A DNA stretch of 32,000 bases from Nitrosococcus oceani ATCC 19707 (GTDB lineage: Bacteria > Pseudomonadota > Gammaproteobacteria > Nitrosococcales > Nitrosococcaceae), in contig NC_007484.1 in assembly GCF_000012805.1 (NCBI RefSeq), positions 1,980,001 to 2,012,000 on the forward strand, written 5' to 3'. The translations under genes were made by a program, and so were the position numbers. Under the pieces are notes generated by a model, which worked only from the letters and a program-made list of their open reading frames with translations, did no database searches and was not told the DNA's origin. Shown piece after piece: positions 15,112-23,633 of the stretch (the stretch's first letter is position 1; every line of letters begins with the position of its first letter).

Positions 15112-17034
15112 TTAAAGATTTTCCGTATAAATTTTGATATCAGCTTTCGATTTCAATTCCTGGATAAAATCCCGATAAACCATCTCACCATGGGCTTTCT
15201 CCATTTCCTGGGCTAGGGATCGGCGTGCCTTTTCATCTAGCTTGCCCGGGTTCCCATTCTCAACCCGGTAGAGCCCTACCACAGCGTAGTCCCCCGATCC
15301 CAAAGGTTGTCCCGCAAAAACGGGATTTTCAGGAGATTCGGGATGGGGCAACTCGTAAGCCATCTTTAGAACTTCTGAAGGAATTTCCTGATCGTCGCGG
15401 GCATACAATTTCTTCTCATTCCAAACAGCCTCTCCCCCCTCTTTAAAAACGGTCTCGGGGGACTCTCCCTGCTGTAAATGCGCCACCAGTGTCTCGCCCC
15501 GCTCTTGGGCTTGAGCCATCGCCTGGTCTAGAGTCAACTTCTCCTCTATTTCTTCGCGAACCTCCTCAAAAGGCTTGGTGTCGGCCAGAAGGTGCTTATC
15601 AAGCCGCACTACCACCACATCATTGGGAGCCAATTCGATGGTTTGGCTATTCATCTCCTCTCGCAGTACTTCTTCGCTAAAAGCAGCTGCAACCACTTTC
15701 GGATTAGCGGCAATCCCACTTCCTCCGTTCTGAGAAAAAGGCTCACTCGTCTCGATGGAAAGCCCAAGGGTCTCCGCCGCAACCTCCAGGGTAAAGGGAT
15801 TCTCGTAGGTAAGATTATCCAGGATTTCCGCTTGCTCATAGAACTGCTCCTCCGCGATCTGCCGGCGGTACCTTTGCGCCAACTCTTCACTGACCGCTTC
15901 AAAGGGTTTGACTTCGCCCGCTTCAATATCCGTTAGCTTGATAATATGATAGCCAAACTTACTCAATACGGGTTCACTGAGGGCTCCCGTTTCCTCCAAA
16001 GAGAACACCGCCTCCTCAAAAGCCGGGTCCATGACCCCACGGCCGAAAAAGCCTAAGTCACCCCCCTTTTGAGCAGAGCCCGGATCGTCGGAAACCTCCT
16101 TGGCCACCTCCTCAAAGTCTTCGCCCTGCTGCAACCGTTCAAATACCGCTTCTGCCTTCTCCTGTGCTTGCTGGCGGGTAGCTTCATCACCTTGCGGCGG
16201 AACTGTTATCAATATATGGCTGGCCCGGCGCCGCTCTGGTACCCGATATTGATCCTCGGACTCCTCATAGAAATCCCGCAACGTCTGTTCATCTAGCGGG
16301 ATATCTGTAGCTAAAGAGTCGGCGGTAAGACGCAAATAATGTACTTTCACTTGTTCCGGAATGCGGAATTCCTCCGGATGGTCATCATAATACTGACGTA
16401 CCTTATCGGCGCTCACCTCGATGACATCGCGGAAAGTAGCAGATGGCACGATACTGTAACCGATTTCCCGCTTCTGCTGCTGAAGGCGGGCAATAGCTTC
16501 TACTTCCTGCTGGGTCGTAAACGCTGACAGACGTAAGGTAGAAACTAGCTGTTCACTTAGCAGAGCCGAGCGCAAACGGGCCTCATAAGCGACAGGCGTC
16601 AACCCTTGACTGCCCAATACAGCCTCATAGCGCTGGGAGTCGAATTGGCCAGACTCCCCTTGAAAAGCTTTATTGCTCCGGATAACCTGGCTAAGGGATG
16701 AATCGCTCATGCCCAACCCGAGCTTTGCCGCCGTATCCAGCACAAGACGCTGCTCAACCAGCCCCTCTATAACATTCTGCTTAGTCGCCGGATCATCTAG
16801 CATTTCCTCGGGAAAGCTCGCCCCCATCAAGAAGCGCAGTTGTTGCGTATAACTCAGAAACGCCGATCGGAACTCGCGGGTACTAATTTCCTCGCCATTC
16901 ACGGAGGCCGCCAAGGCTTCCCCTCCATCAAGCATGTAGTTATTAATACCCCACAGGGTAAAAGGAATGGCGATAAGGCCCACAATCACCCAGGCAAAGA
17001 TGCCTTGGGCGCGGTTCCGTATAGCTTCCAACAT
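15112..17034 (-). CDS. ppiD: periplasmic chaperone / peptidyl-prolyl isomerase PpiD
   Basis: 640 aa with an N-terminal anchor ([18 protein letters not shown]) and a parvulin-like segment ([23 protein letters not shown]). Its position downstream of hupB matches other Gammaproteobacteria. Confidence 0.9.
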   Translation of the reverse strand: MLEAIRNRAQGIFAWVIVGLIAIPFTLWGINNYMLDGGEALAASVNGEEISTREFRSAFLSYTQQLRFLMGASFPEEMLDDPATKQNVIEGLVEQRLVLDTAAKLGLGMSDSSLSQVIRSNKAFQGESGQFDSQRYEAVLGSQGLTPVAYEARLRSALLSEQLVSTLRLSAFTTQQEVEAIARLQQQKREIGYSIVPSATFRDVIEVSADKVRQYYDDHPEEFRIPEQVKVHYLRLTADSLATDIPLDEQTLRDFYEESEDQYRVPERRRASHILITVPPQGDEATRQQAQEKAEAVFERLQQGEDFEEVAKEVSDDPGSAQKGGDLGFFGRGVMDPAFEEAVFSLEETGALSEPVLSKFGYHIIKLTDIEAGEVKPFEAVSEELAQRYRRQIAEEQFYEQAEILDNLTYENPFTLEVAAETLGLSIETSEPFSQNGGSGIAANPKVVAAAFSEEVLREEMNSQTIELAPNDVVVVRLDKHLLADTKPFEEVREEIEEKLTLDQAMAQAQERGETLVAHLQQGESPETVFKEGGEAVWNEKKLYARDDQEIPSEVLKMAYELPHPESPENPVFAGQPLGSGDYAVVGLYRVENGNPGKLDEKARRSLAQEMEKAHGEMVYRDFIQELKSKADIKIYTENL

Positions 17035-17074
17035 GGATTTAGATACCTCTTCAACAGGGCGGCTATTTAAGAAA

Positions 17075-17118
17075 TAAAAAAAGGCGCATTTACAGGAGTT
17101 GTAAATTGCGCCTTTTTA
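17075..17118 (-). terminator. rho-independent terminator after tRNA-Asp (A/T tracts on both sides)
   Basis: aaaaaaa-ggcgcatttaca-ggagt-tgtaaattgcgcc-ttttt, a 12-bp stem with one bulged base. It lies between tRNA-Asp and the ppiD start. Confidence 0.6.
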
Positions 17119-17132
17119 CCTTACAAAAGAAA

Positions 17133-17209
17133 TGGCGGAGTGGACGGGATTCGAACCCGCGACCCCCGGCGTGACAGGCCGGTATTCTAACCAGCTGAAC
17201 TACCACTCC
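17133..17209 (-). tRNA. tRNA-Asp (anticodon GTC), CCA encoded
   Basis: The reverse complement reads GGAGTGGTAGTTCAGCTGGTTAGAATACCGGCCTGTCACGCCGGGGGTCGCGGGTTCGAATCCCGTCCACTCCGCCA. The cloverleaf stems pair, the anticodon loop is CTGTCAC, and the sequence is nearly identical to E. coli tRNA-Asp. Confidence 0.95.
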
Positions 17210-17232
17210 ATGAAAAAATTATCAATCCCACC

Positions 17233-17308
17233 TGGTGGGTGCTGAGGGTTTCGAACCCCCGACCTTCGCCTTGTAAGGGCGACGCTCTCCCAGCTGAGCT
17301 AAGCACCC
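17233..17308 (-). tRNA. tRNA-Val (anticodon TAC), CCA encoded
   Basis: The reverse complement reads GGGTGCTTAGCTCAGCTGGGAGAGCGTCGCCCTTACAAGGCGAAGGTCGGGGGTTCGAAACCCTCAGCACCCACCA. The acceptor, anticodon and T stems pair, and the anticodon loop is CTTACAA. Confidence 0.95.
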
Positions 17309-17320
17309 AAAGGAATTTCA

Positions 17321-17593
17321 CTAGTTTACAGCATCCTTGAGGGCTTTTCCAGCTTTAAACGAAGGCATCTTAGATGCCTTGATTTTGATTTCCTCACCCG
17401 TCTGTGGATTGCGCCCAGTCCGGGCAGCACGATCACGCACGGAAAAAGTACCAAAGCCCACGATCGTGACCTGGTCACCACGCCTTAACGCATCGGTAAC
17501 CGCTTCGATAACAGAATCCACAGCCCGAGCCGCAGCGGCTTTTGTCAAATTCCCCGCGTCTGCTACTGATTCAATAAGCTCCGATTTATTCAC
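17321..17593 (-). CDS. hupB: DNA-binding protein HU-beta
   Basis: 90 aa from the GTG at 17593 ([11 protein letters not shown]...[26 protein letters not shown]...), preceded by an aagggga SD. The 107-aa ORF-track version adds a non-HU leader. Confidence 0.9.
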   Translation of the reverse strand: MNKSELIESVADAGNLTKAAAARAVDSVIEAVTDALRRGDQVTIVGFGTFSVRDRAARTGRNPQTGEEIKIKASKMPSFKAGKALKDAVN

Positions 17594-18114
17594 TAAGTTA
17601 TTCCCCTTAATTTTACAAATTATTTTTAATCTCAACTCGCCCAACGGCTCGCTGGTTATAGAAACTCTCTTGGCTAGGACTGGCGTGGTTATTTAGCCCC
17701 AAATAAAGAAAGGTGGATTTTATACCAACTGGCAAGAAGCCAAGTCAAGCCGCATTTCTCCCCTTTATTCTGCCGAGCTAAAAAAGAAACGCCTGATAAT
17801 TTCCCTCTGGGTTGCCTTTCAGCCACGATTTACCCTAGCCATGCCGTTGTCTTTTCCTCGTCACAGGCTTATTGTTACCAAAAAGAATTTGTAATTCAAA
17901 TATATAATTTATATTGGCTACGAAACCCTAAATTTTGACGGAAATTGCCCAGCTCTTCATCGGGCAACTCAAGTCCCCGGCGATGGAACCATTCATTTCA
18001 AAACATAACAGGCAAGTCTATAGTTATAGCAGAAACAATAGGGGTTACTGAAGTGTGTCAGGGATAACTCACCAGCATCTATTTTCTGTTTTTTAGTAAT
18101 TTAAGGAGATTTTT

Positions 18115-18654
18115 ATGGGAAAAAGGGATTCCAGTAAAATTACCCGCAACATCATCGCCCATGAGAAGGGAACGCCAGGTCCGGGAGGAAATAGAGGCGA
18201 TCGGTTAATTAAGGAAAGTATACATGATCCCTATAAAACCAGGAAAAAATTACCGGAACCCACCTTCTGCCCGGTGTGTCGGGCTGTCTTTGAACGAGGC
18301 CGATGGAGCTGGGCTGAACTCCCTGCCGACGCCAATCAAAAATTATGCCCTGCCTGTCAGCGGATGCGGGATCGGGTTCCAGCAGGTTTTTTAACCCTGA
18401 GCGGGGAATTTTTTCAAGAACACCGGGAGGAAATCATTAACCTTATTCGTAACAAGGAAGAAAGCGAAAAAGCACAACACCCCTTGAAACGGATTATGGA
18501 CATTGAGGAAAAAGGAAAGGAAATGGTAGTCACCTTTACTGAAATCCATCTTCCACGGGGTATAGGGGAGGCCTTAAGCCGGGCCTATGAAGGTAACCTG
18601 GACTACCAGTATACCGATGGAAACAGCATTCTCCGTGTCCGATGGCACCGCTAA
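18115..18654 (+). CDS. hypothetical double-CxxC (zinc-ribbon-like) cytoplasmic protein
   Basis: 179 aa with an aaggag SD. It has a basic N-terminus, then CPVC...(24 aa)...CPAC, then a mixed alpha/beta C-terminal part. I have a vague memory of a 'BCAM0308-family'/Nmd3-like fold, unverified. Confidence 0.7.
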   Translation: MGKRDSSKITRNIIAHEKGTPGPGGNRGDRLIKESIHDPYKTRKKLPEPTFCPVCRAVFERGRWSWAELPADANQKLCPACQRMRDRVPAGFLTLSGEFFQEHREEIINLIRNKEESEKAQHPLKRIMDIEEKGKEMVVTFTEIHLPRGIGEALSRAYEGNLDYQYTDGNSILRVRWHR

Positions 18655-18670
18655 GCCAGAGGGAGCAATG

Positions 18671-18708
18671 AGCGCCTCGCCAAGGCGCTTGCAGCAACCC
18701 CGGCGAGG
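18671..18708. terminator. overlapping GC hairpins between convergent genes
   Basis: agcgcc-tcgccaa-ggcgct (18671-18689) and cctcgcc...ggcgagg (18675-18708). No U-tract. Confidence 0.3.
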
Positions 18709-18729
18709 GATGATAACTTGAAGGGTCCT

Positions 18730-19497
18730 CTAGACCTCTAGTTTTCTCACTTCAATCTGGTTAATGACCTCTGCTATGCTTGACAAACTCCAGGCGTTGG
18801 CCTCCACCCTCTCTTTTTCTTTCCGGGTGGCAACAAATCCGTATAAGGTCATGACACGATTTTGAATGTCAATTCGAATTTGATCCGCTTCGACAAACCG
18901 GTCTTTCTCCAAAATTAGGCGGAGTGCATCAGAAAGCTCCCCGTCCGTCTCTTCCCGCGCCGGGTCCACCTCTAACTTATTTTCAACGTTTCGGCACCCC
19001 CGTAACCACCAACTCATGGCTTCTATCAAATGTTTATGGGAAGGCGTGGGTACTTTTCCTTCCAAGCCCACCGTTCCTGCTGCTATGGAAATCTTGATCA
19101 ATCCGCTGGGTTCGCGATCGGCTTGCTGCCAAGTTTCGAAACCTCTCTGCTCAAGCTCTTGCGCCGCCCCTGTCTTTACCCGCGCCAACAAAGTGCAATT
19201 ATGGAAAGTCGAATCCGCCAGCAATGCTTGGCAGAGGGCATCCCGTAGTGCGCCATCACCCCGATGCTCTGCAGGCTTCACCATAAGTTGGTCGATCAGC
19301 TTATTTATCCCAGTCATTGACTTATTGCGTAGAAGCTGCAATGCGCGCCTTTTAGTAGTAAGATTTTCTACTTCACCCTTAATAATAAGGCTTCCCTCAC
19401 AGACACTTATTTCAATAGGAGAGGGATGGAGGTTAATACGTTCATCATGCTCAAGAAGCGCTCTCGCTTGTTTAATGACCTCATCTTGTTGATTCAT
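18730..19497 (-). CDS. BON-domain protein (three BON-like repeats, no signal peptide)
   Basis: 255 aa from the ATG at 19497 (agggg SD). The ORF track uses a TTG at 19521. Three segments fit the pattern I-V/I--G-V-L-G-V----K--A/E-----GV--V-N-L-V (for example SLIIKGEVENLTTKRRALQLL, TVGLEGKVPTPSHKHLIEAM, VMTLYGFVATRKEKERVEANA). Confidence 0.75.
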   Translation of the reverse strand: MNQQDEVIKQARALLEHDERINLHPSPIEISVCEGSLIIKGEVENLTTKRRALQLLRNKSMTGINKLIDQLMVKPAEHRGDGALRDALCQALLADSTFHNCTLLARVKTGAAQELEQRGFETWQQADREPSGLIKISIAAGTVGLEGKVPTPSHKHLIEAMSWWLRGCRNVENKLEVDPAREETDGELSDALRLILEKDRFVEADQIRIDIQNRVMTLYGFVATRKEKERVEANAWSLSSIAEVINQIEVRKLEV

Positions 19498-19647
19498 TAC
19501 TTTAACCCCTGTTTTCAGCAAACTTGAAATATAATATATAGGCTACAAAAGCACGGGATTAACTTTCTTTTTATAATCCGATCTATAGTCAACTACCGCC
19601 AGCTAAAGCAGGCAGTCTCCTCGCCTGATAATTTATGAATACCCCTA

Positions 19648-22600
19648 ATGAATAGCCATAAAACGATTTCCCGTAGTCACTTCGATGCCGTTATCTTCGA
19701 TCTGGATGGGGTGGTGACTCAAACCGCCCGTGTGCATGCCACCGCCTGGAAGACTATGTTTGATGACTTTCTCCAAAAACGGGCTCAAGGAAGCGAATTC
19801 CGGCCTTTCAGCGACCATGACTACCGTGATTATGTGGACGGCAAACCCCGCTACGAAGGAGTAAAAAGTTTTCTCCGTTCCCGCCATATCAAATTGCCTT
19901 ACGGCAATCCTAACGATTCCCTGGAGAAAGAAACGGTATGCGGACTCGGCAACCGCAAAAATGAGATCTTTCAAATTAAGTTAAAAAAAGAAGGCGCTGA
20001 AGCCTACCAGAGTTCTGTCCAATTGATTCGGCGCCTACGCAGCAAAGGATTTCGAACCGCCGTGGTCTCCGCTAGCAAAAATTGTGGCCCAATCCTGGAA
20101 TCGGTGGAACTCACTCACCTATTTGAGGTAAAAGTGGATGGTAATGATGCCGAAGCTTTAGATCTCCAGGGTAAACCCCACCCAGCCACTTTCCTGGAGG
20201 CGGCTCGCCGTTTAGGGGTGGAACCTAAACGCTGCATGGTGTTTGAAGACGCAATTGCCGGCGTTAAAGCTGGCCGCCAAGGAAAATTTGGCCGGGTTAT
20301 TGGCGTTAATCGAAAAAATCAAGTGGAAGCTTTGCAAGAGGCGGGCGCGGATACTGTCATTGAGGATCTAGCGGAAATGACGCTGGTGGCCCGCTTGTGT
20401 GATCTTTCTCCAGCTCTAGAAGCCCTGGAATCAATCCAAAATAGGATTGCACAACGGGAGATCGTTGTTTTTCTTGACTATGACGGTACCCTCAGCCCCA
20501 TTGTCTCCCGTCCTGAAGAAGCACACCTCTCAGCGGAAATGAACCGAACATTAAGAAAGCTAGCCGATCAATGTCCAGTCGCCATTATTAGTGGTCGAGG
20601 CTTGGCGGATGTGCGCCAACGGGTCGCCATCGAGAGTCTGTATTATGCAGGCAGCCACGGTTTTGAAATCGCTGGCCCCGAGGGCTTAGCAATGGAACAG
20701 GAGCAGGCCAAAGCCTACCTGCCCCTCCTCGATGAAACAGAACAAGCGCTCGCTCAACAGCTTGAGAATATCGTGGGGGCGCAGATAGAACGCAAACGAT
20801 TTTCCATCGCCATACACTACCGGAATGTGGCGGAAGATCAGATCGAGGCGGTGGAAAAAGCGGTGGATAGGGTGCTGGGGAGCCATGACCGGCTACATAA
20901 AAAATACGGCAAGAAAGTTTATGAACTCCAACCCGCTGTGGCCTGGGATAAAGGCCAGGCGCTATTATGGCTATTGGGTAAACTCAAGCTCAATTATCCA
21001 GATGTCCTACCCCTTTATATAGGTGATGACCTTACCGACGAAGATGCTTTTCAGACTCTGGAAGAATGGGGTTTAGGACTAGTGGTAGGCACGGAGACCC
21101 GGCACACTTACGCCGAATACCGTCTAAAAGATCCCGCCCAAGTGAGGGAATTTCTCACCGCCCTAACCCGGATACTCCAGGAACGCAGCGCCTGGACACT
21201 GGCTTATCATCGCTTTGAGCCAAAGGAAGAAGGCTTGCGGGAAGCCTTATGCACCTTAGGCAACGGTTACTTCGCCACCCGTGGGGCAGCGCCGGAATCC
21301 CGCGCGGATGCAACCCATTACCCGGGTACCTATATGGCCGGCGGTTATAATCGCTTGAAAACAGCGATTGCCGGGCGCACGGTGGAAAACGAAGACCTGG
21401 TTAATTGGCCTAACTGGCTCTGTGTAAATTTCCGCCCCCTTGGCGGAAAGTGGCTTAATTTAGCCACGATGGAAATTCTCTTTTACCACCAAAAACTTGA
21501 TATTAAACAAGGTCTGTTGCGCCGGGTCGTTCATTTCCGTGACCCAGAAGGCAGGGAAACCCGGGTCGTTCAGCGCCGCCTGGTCAGTATGGCTCACATG
21601 CACCAAGCTGCCTTGGAAACCGTCATTACCCCCCTTAACTGGTCTGGCACTTTAGAGGTACATTCCGCCCTAGATGGGCAAATCAGGAATTCGGGGGTAG
21701 CCCGCTATCAGGCTCTTAATAGCAAGCATTTGGAACCCGTGGAAACACGGCCTGTCGATGAACGTAGCTTTCTGCTCAAAGTACGGACCAATCAGTCCCA
21801 TCTGATATTCGCCCAAGCGGCTAGGTTAGAGGTTTTCCAAAAAAACAAACGGGCGCTGGTAGAACGCCAAACGGAGGAGGAAACTGCTTATATTGCCCAA
21901 GCGTTTATCACAGAAATAACGAAGGAAACCCCTCTTACCGTGGAAAAGACGGTCGCTCTTTATACAGCCAGGGACTCTGCTATTTCCGAATGCGGCCTAG
22001 AAGCCATCAAAGCCATCCAAGAATCTCCCCGTTTTGAGAGCCTGCTTGAGGCACATCGTTTAGCATGGGAGCATCTGTGGCGGCAATTCGATATGCGGCT
22101 GGAAATTATCGACGACAGCGGCGATCATCCTATCCAACGAGTTCTCCGACTCTACAGTTTTCATCTCCTGCAAAGCGCCTCCATGCACTCCCTGGATATC
22201 GATGTGGGCATGCCTTCCCGCGGTTGGCATGGGGAAGCCTATCGAGGCCATATTTTTTGGGACGAGCTGATTATTTTTCCTTTTCTCAATTATCGTGTTC
22301 CCCAAATTACCCAAGCTCTGCTCATGTACCGCTACCGCCGCTTGCATGAAGCCCGCCGGGCCGCCCAGGCGCTGGGCTATAAAGGGGCCCTGTATCCCTG
22401 GCAAAGCGGCAGCAATGGCCGGGAAGAGTCCCAGCAGCTTCATCTCAATCCCCGCTCGGGGCGCTGGCTCCCCGATCATTCTTATTTGCAGCGGCATATC
22501 AATGCCGCCATTGTTTACAATATCTGGCAGTATTTTCAGGTGACGGGCGACCTGGATTTTCTCGCCTGCTATGGGGCGGAAATGATTTTGGAAATCGCCC

Positions 22601-23592
22601 GTTTCTGGGCCAGCATCGCAACCTATAATGAAACCTTAGATCGGTATGAAATTCTGGGAGTCATGGGTCCCGACGAATTTCACGATGCTTACCCAGAAAT
22701 GGGGAGCCCTGGCCTCAATAACAATGCCTACACCAACCTCATGGCGGTATTCGTATTTAATAAAGCGCTGGAACTCTTTCAACTGCTCCCTGCGCAAGCG
22801 TGCCAGCAACTCTGTGAAAAACTGACTATCGAAGAATCGGAGAAAGCCCGTTGGAGAGACCTTAGCGGTAAAATGCGAATAGTATTTCATGACGATGGAA
22901 TCATTAGTCAGTTCGAAGGCTACGGGGAGTTAGCGGAATTCGATTGGGAAAGCTACCGCGAGAAATACGGTAATATTCAGCGCCTGGATCGCCTGTTGGA
23001 GGCAGAAGGCGATACCGTCAACCGCTATAAAGCCTCCAAGCAAGCGGATGTGCTCATGCTATTTTACCTTTTTTCCGCGCCGGAGTTAGGCGAGTTATTC
23101 GAGCAACTCGGCTATATTTTTAAGCCAGAAGATATCCCCAAAAACATTGATTATTATCTCCAGCGGACCTCCAATGGTTCCTCCTTAAGCTGGATCATCC
23201 ACGCCTGGGCCGCTACCCGCCGAGACCGAAAACACTCCTGGCAACTCTTCCAGGAAGCACTGAAGACGGATGTGGCGGACATTCAGGGAGGGACCACACC
23301 TGAAGGCATCCACCTTGGCGCCATGGCAGGCTGCATCGATCTGGTGCAGCGATGTTACACGGGACTAGAGGCGAGAGGCCAAGTGCTGCGCTTCAACCCT
23401 TGCTTCCCAGAGGAGCTAAGGCAACTTCACATGCATCTACACTACCGGGGACACTGGCTAGAGCTAGACATTTCACGGGAGAAATTAAAGATAGAATCCC
23501 TGACCTGTGGAGCAGCGCCCGTGGAAATAGAGGTCAAGGGGGATCGCTTCTCGTTTAAAGAGGGTAAGGTTAAAGAGATCGAGCTAAATTAA
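19648..23592 (+). CDS. tri-domain protein: beta-phosphoglucomutase-like HAD + trehalose-6-phosphate phosphatase + glycoside hydrolase family 65 (phosphorylase-type)
   Basis: 1314 aa.
- aa 10-235: HAD motifs FDLDGVVT, ASKN, GKPHP, FEDAIAGV.
- aa 270-510: OtsB-type motifs FLDYDGTL, ISGR, GDDLTDEDAF.
- aa 520-1314: GH65-like motifs (GHIFWDE, MGPDEFH, NNNAYTN). Confidence 0.9.
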   Translation: MNSHKTISRSHFDAVIFDLDGVVTQTARVHATAWKTMFDDFLQKRAQGSEFRPFSDHDYRDYVDGKPRYEGVKSFLRSRHIKLPYGNPNDSLEKETVCGLGNRKNEIFQIKLKKEGAEAYQSSVQLIRRLRSKGFRTAVVSASKNCGPILESVELTHLFEVKVDGNDAEALDLQGKPHPATFLEAARRLGVEPKRCMVFEDAIAGVKAGRQGKFGRVIGVNRKNQVEALQEAGADTVIEDLAEMTLVARLCDLSPALEALESIQNRIAQREIVVFLDYDGTLSPIVSRPEEAHLSAEMNRTLRKLADQCPVAIISGRGLADVRQRVAIESLYYAGSHGFEIAGPEGLAMEQEQAKAYLPLLDETEQALAQQLENIVGAQIERKRFSIAIHYRNVAEDQIEAVEKAVDRVLGSHDRLHKKYGKKVYELQPAVAWDKGQALLWLLGKLKLNYPDVLPLYIGDDLTDEDAFQTLEEWGLGLVVGTETRHTYAEYRLKDPAQVREFLTALTRILQERSAWTLAYHRFEPKEEGLREALCTLGNGYFATRGAAPESRADATHYPGTYMAGGYNRLKTAIAGRTVENEDLVNWPNWLCVNFRPLGGKWLNLATMEILFYHQKLDIKQGLLRRVVHFRDPEGRETRVVQRRLVSMAHMHQAALETVITPLNWSGTLEVHSALDGQIRNSGVARYQALNSKHLEPVETRPVDERSFLLKVRTNQSHLIFAQAARLEVFQKNKRALVERQTEEETAYIAQAFITEITKETPLTVEKTVALYTARDSAISECGLEAIKAIQESPRFESLLEAHRLAWEHLWRQFDMRLEIIDDSGDHPIQRVLRLYSFHLLQSASMHSLDIDVGMPSRGWHGEAYRGHIFWDELIIFPFLNYRVPQITQALLMYRYRRLHEARRAAQALGYKGALYPWQSGSNGREESQQLHLNPRSGRWLPDHSYLQRHINAAIVYNIWQYFQVTGDLDFLACYGAEMILEIARFWASIATYNETLDRYEILGVMGPDEFHDAYPEMGSPGLNNNAYTNLMAVFVFNKALELFQLLPAQACQQLCEKLTIEESEKARWRDLSGKMRIVFHDDGIISQFEGYGELAEFDWESYREKYGNIQRLDRLLEAEGDTVNRYKASKQADVLMLFYLFSAPELGELFEQLGYIFKPEDIPKNIDYYLQRTSNGSSLSWIIHAWAATRRDRKHSWQLFQEALKTDVADIQGGTTPEGIHLGAMAGCIDLVQRCYTGLEARGQVLRFNPCFPEELRQLHMHLHYRGHWLELDISREKLKIESLTCGAAPVEIEVKGDRFSFKEGKVKEIELN

Positions 23593-23633
23593 TATTGCAA
23601 CCTTATTTCTTTCGTAGAGTCTCAGATAAGGGC

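Noticed and set aside
17321-17644. 107-aa extended hupB ORF
   Set aside because: The extra 17 N-terminal residues are not HU-like. The internal GTG at 17593 has an SD and yields the canonical 90-aa HU.
17911-17930. Possible sigma54 promoter (TGGC...) at ttggctacgaaaccct
   Set aside because: The -12 element (TTGC, 10-11 nt after the GG) is absent. The sequence at that position is cccT.
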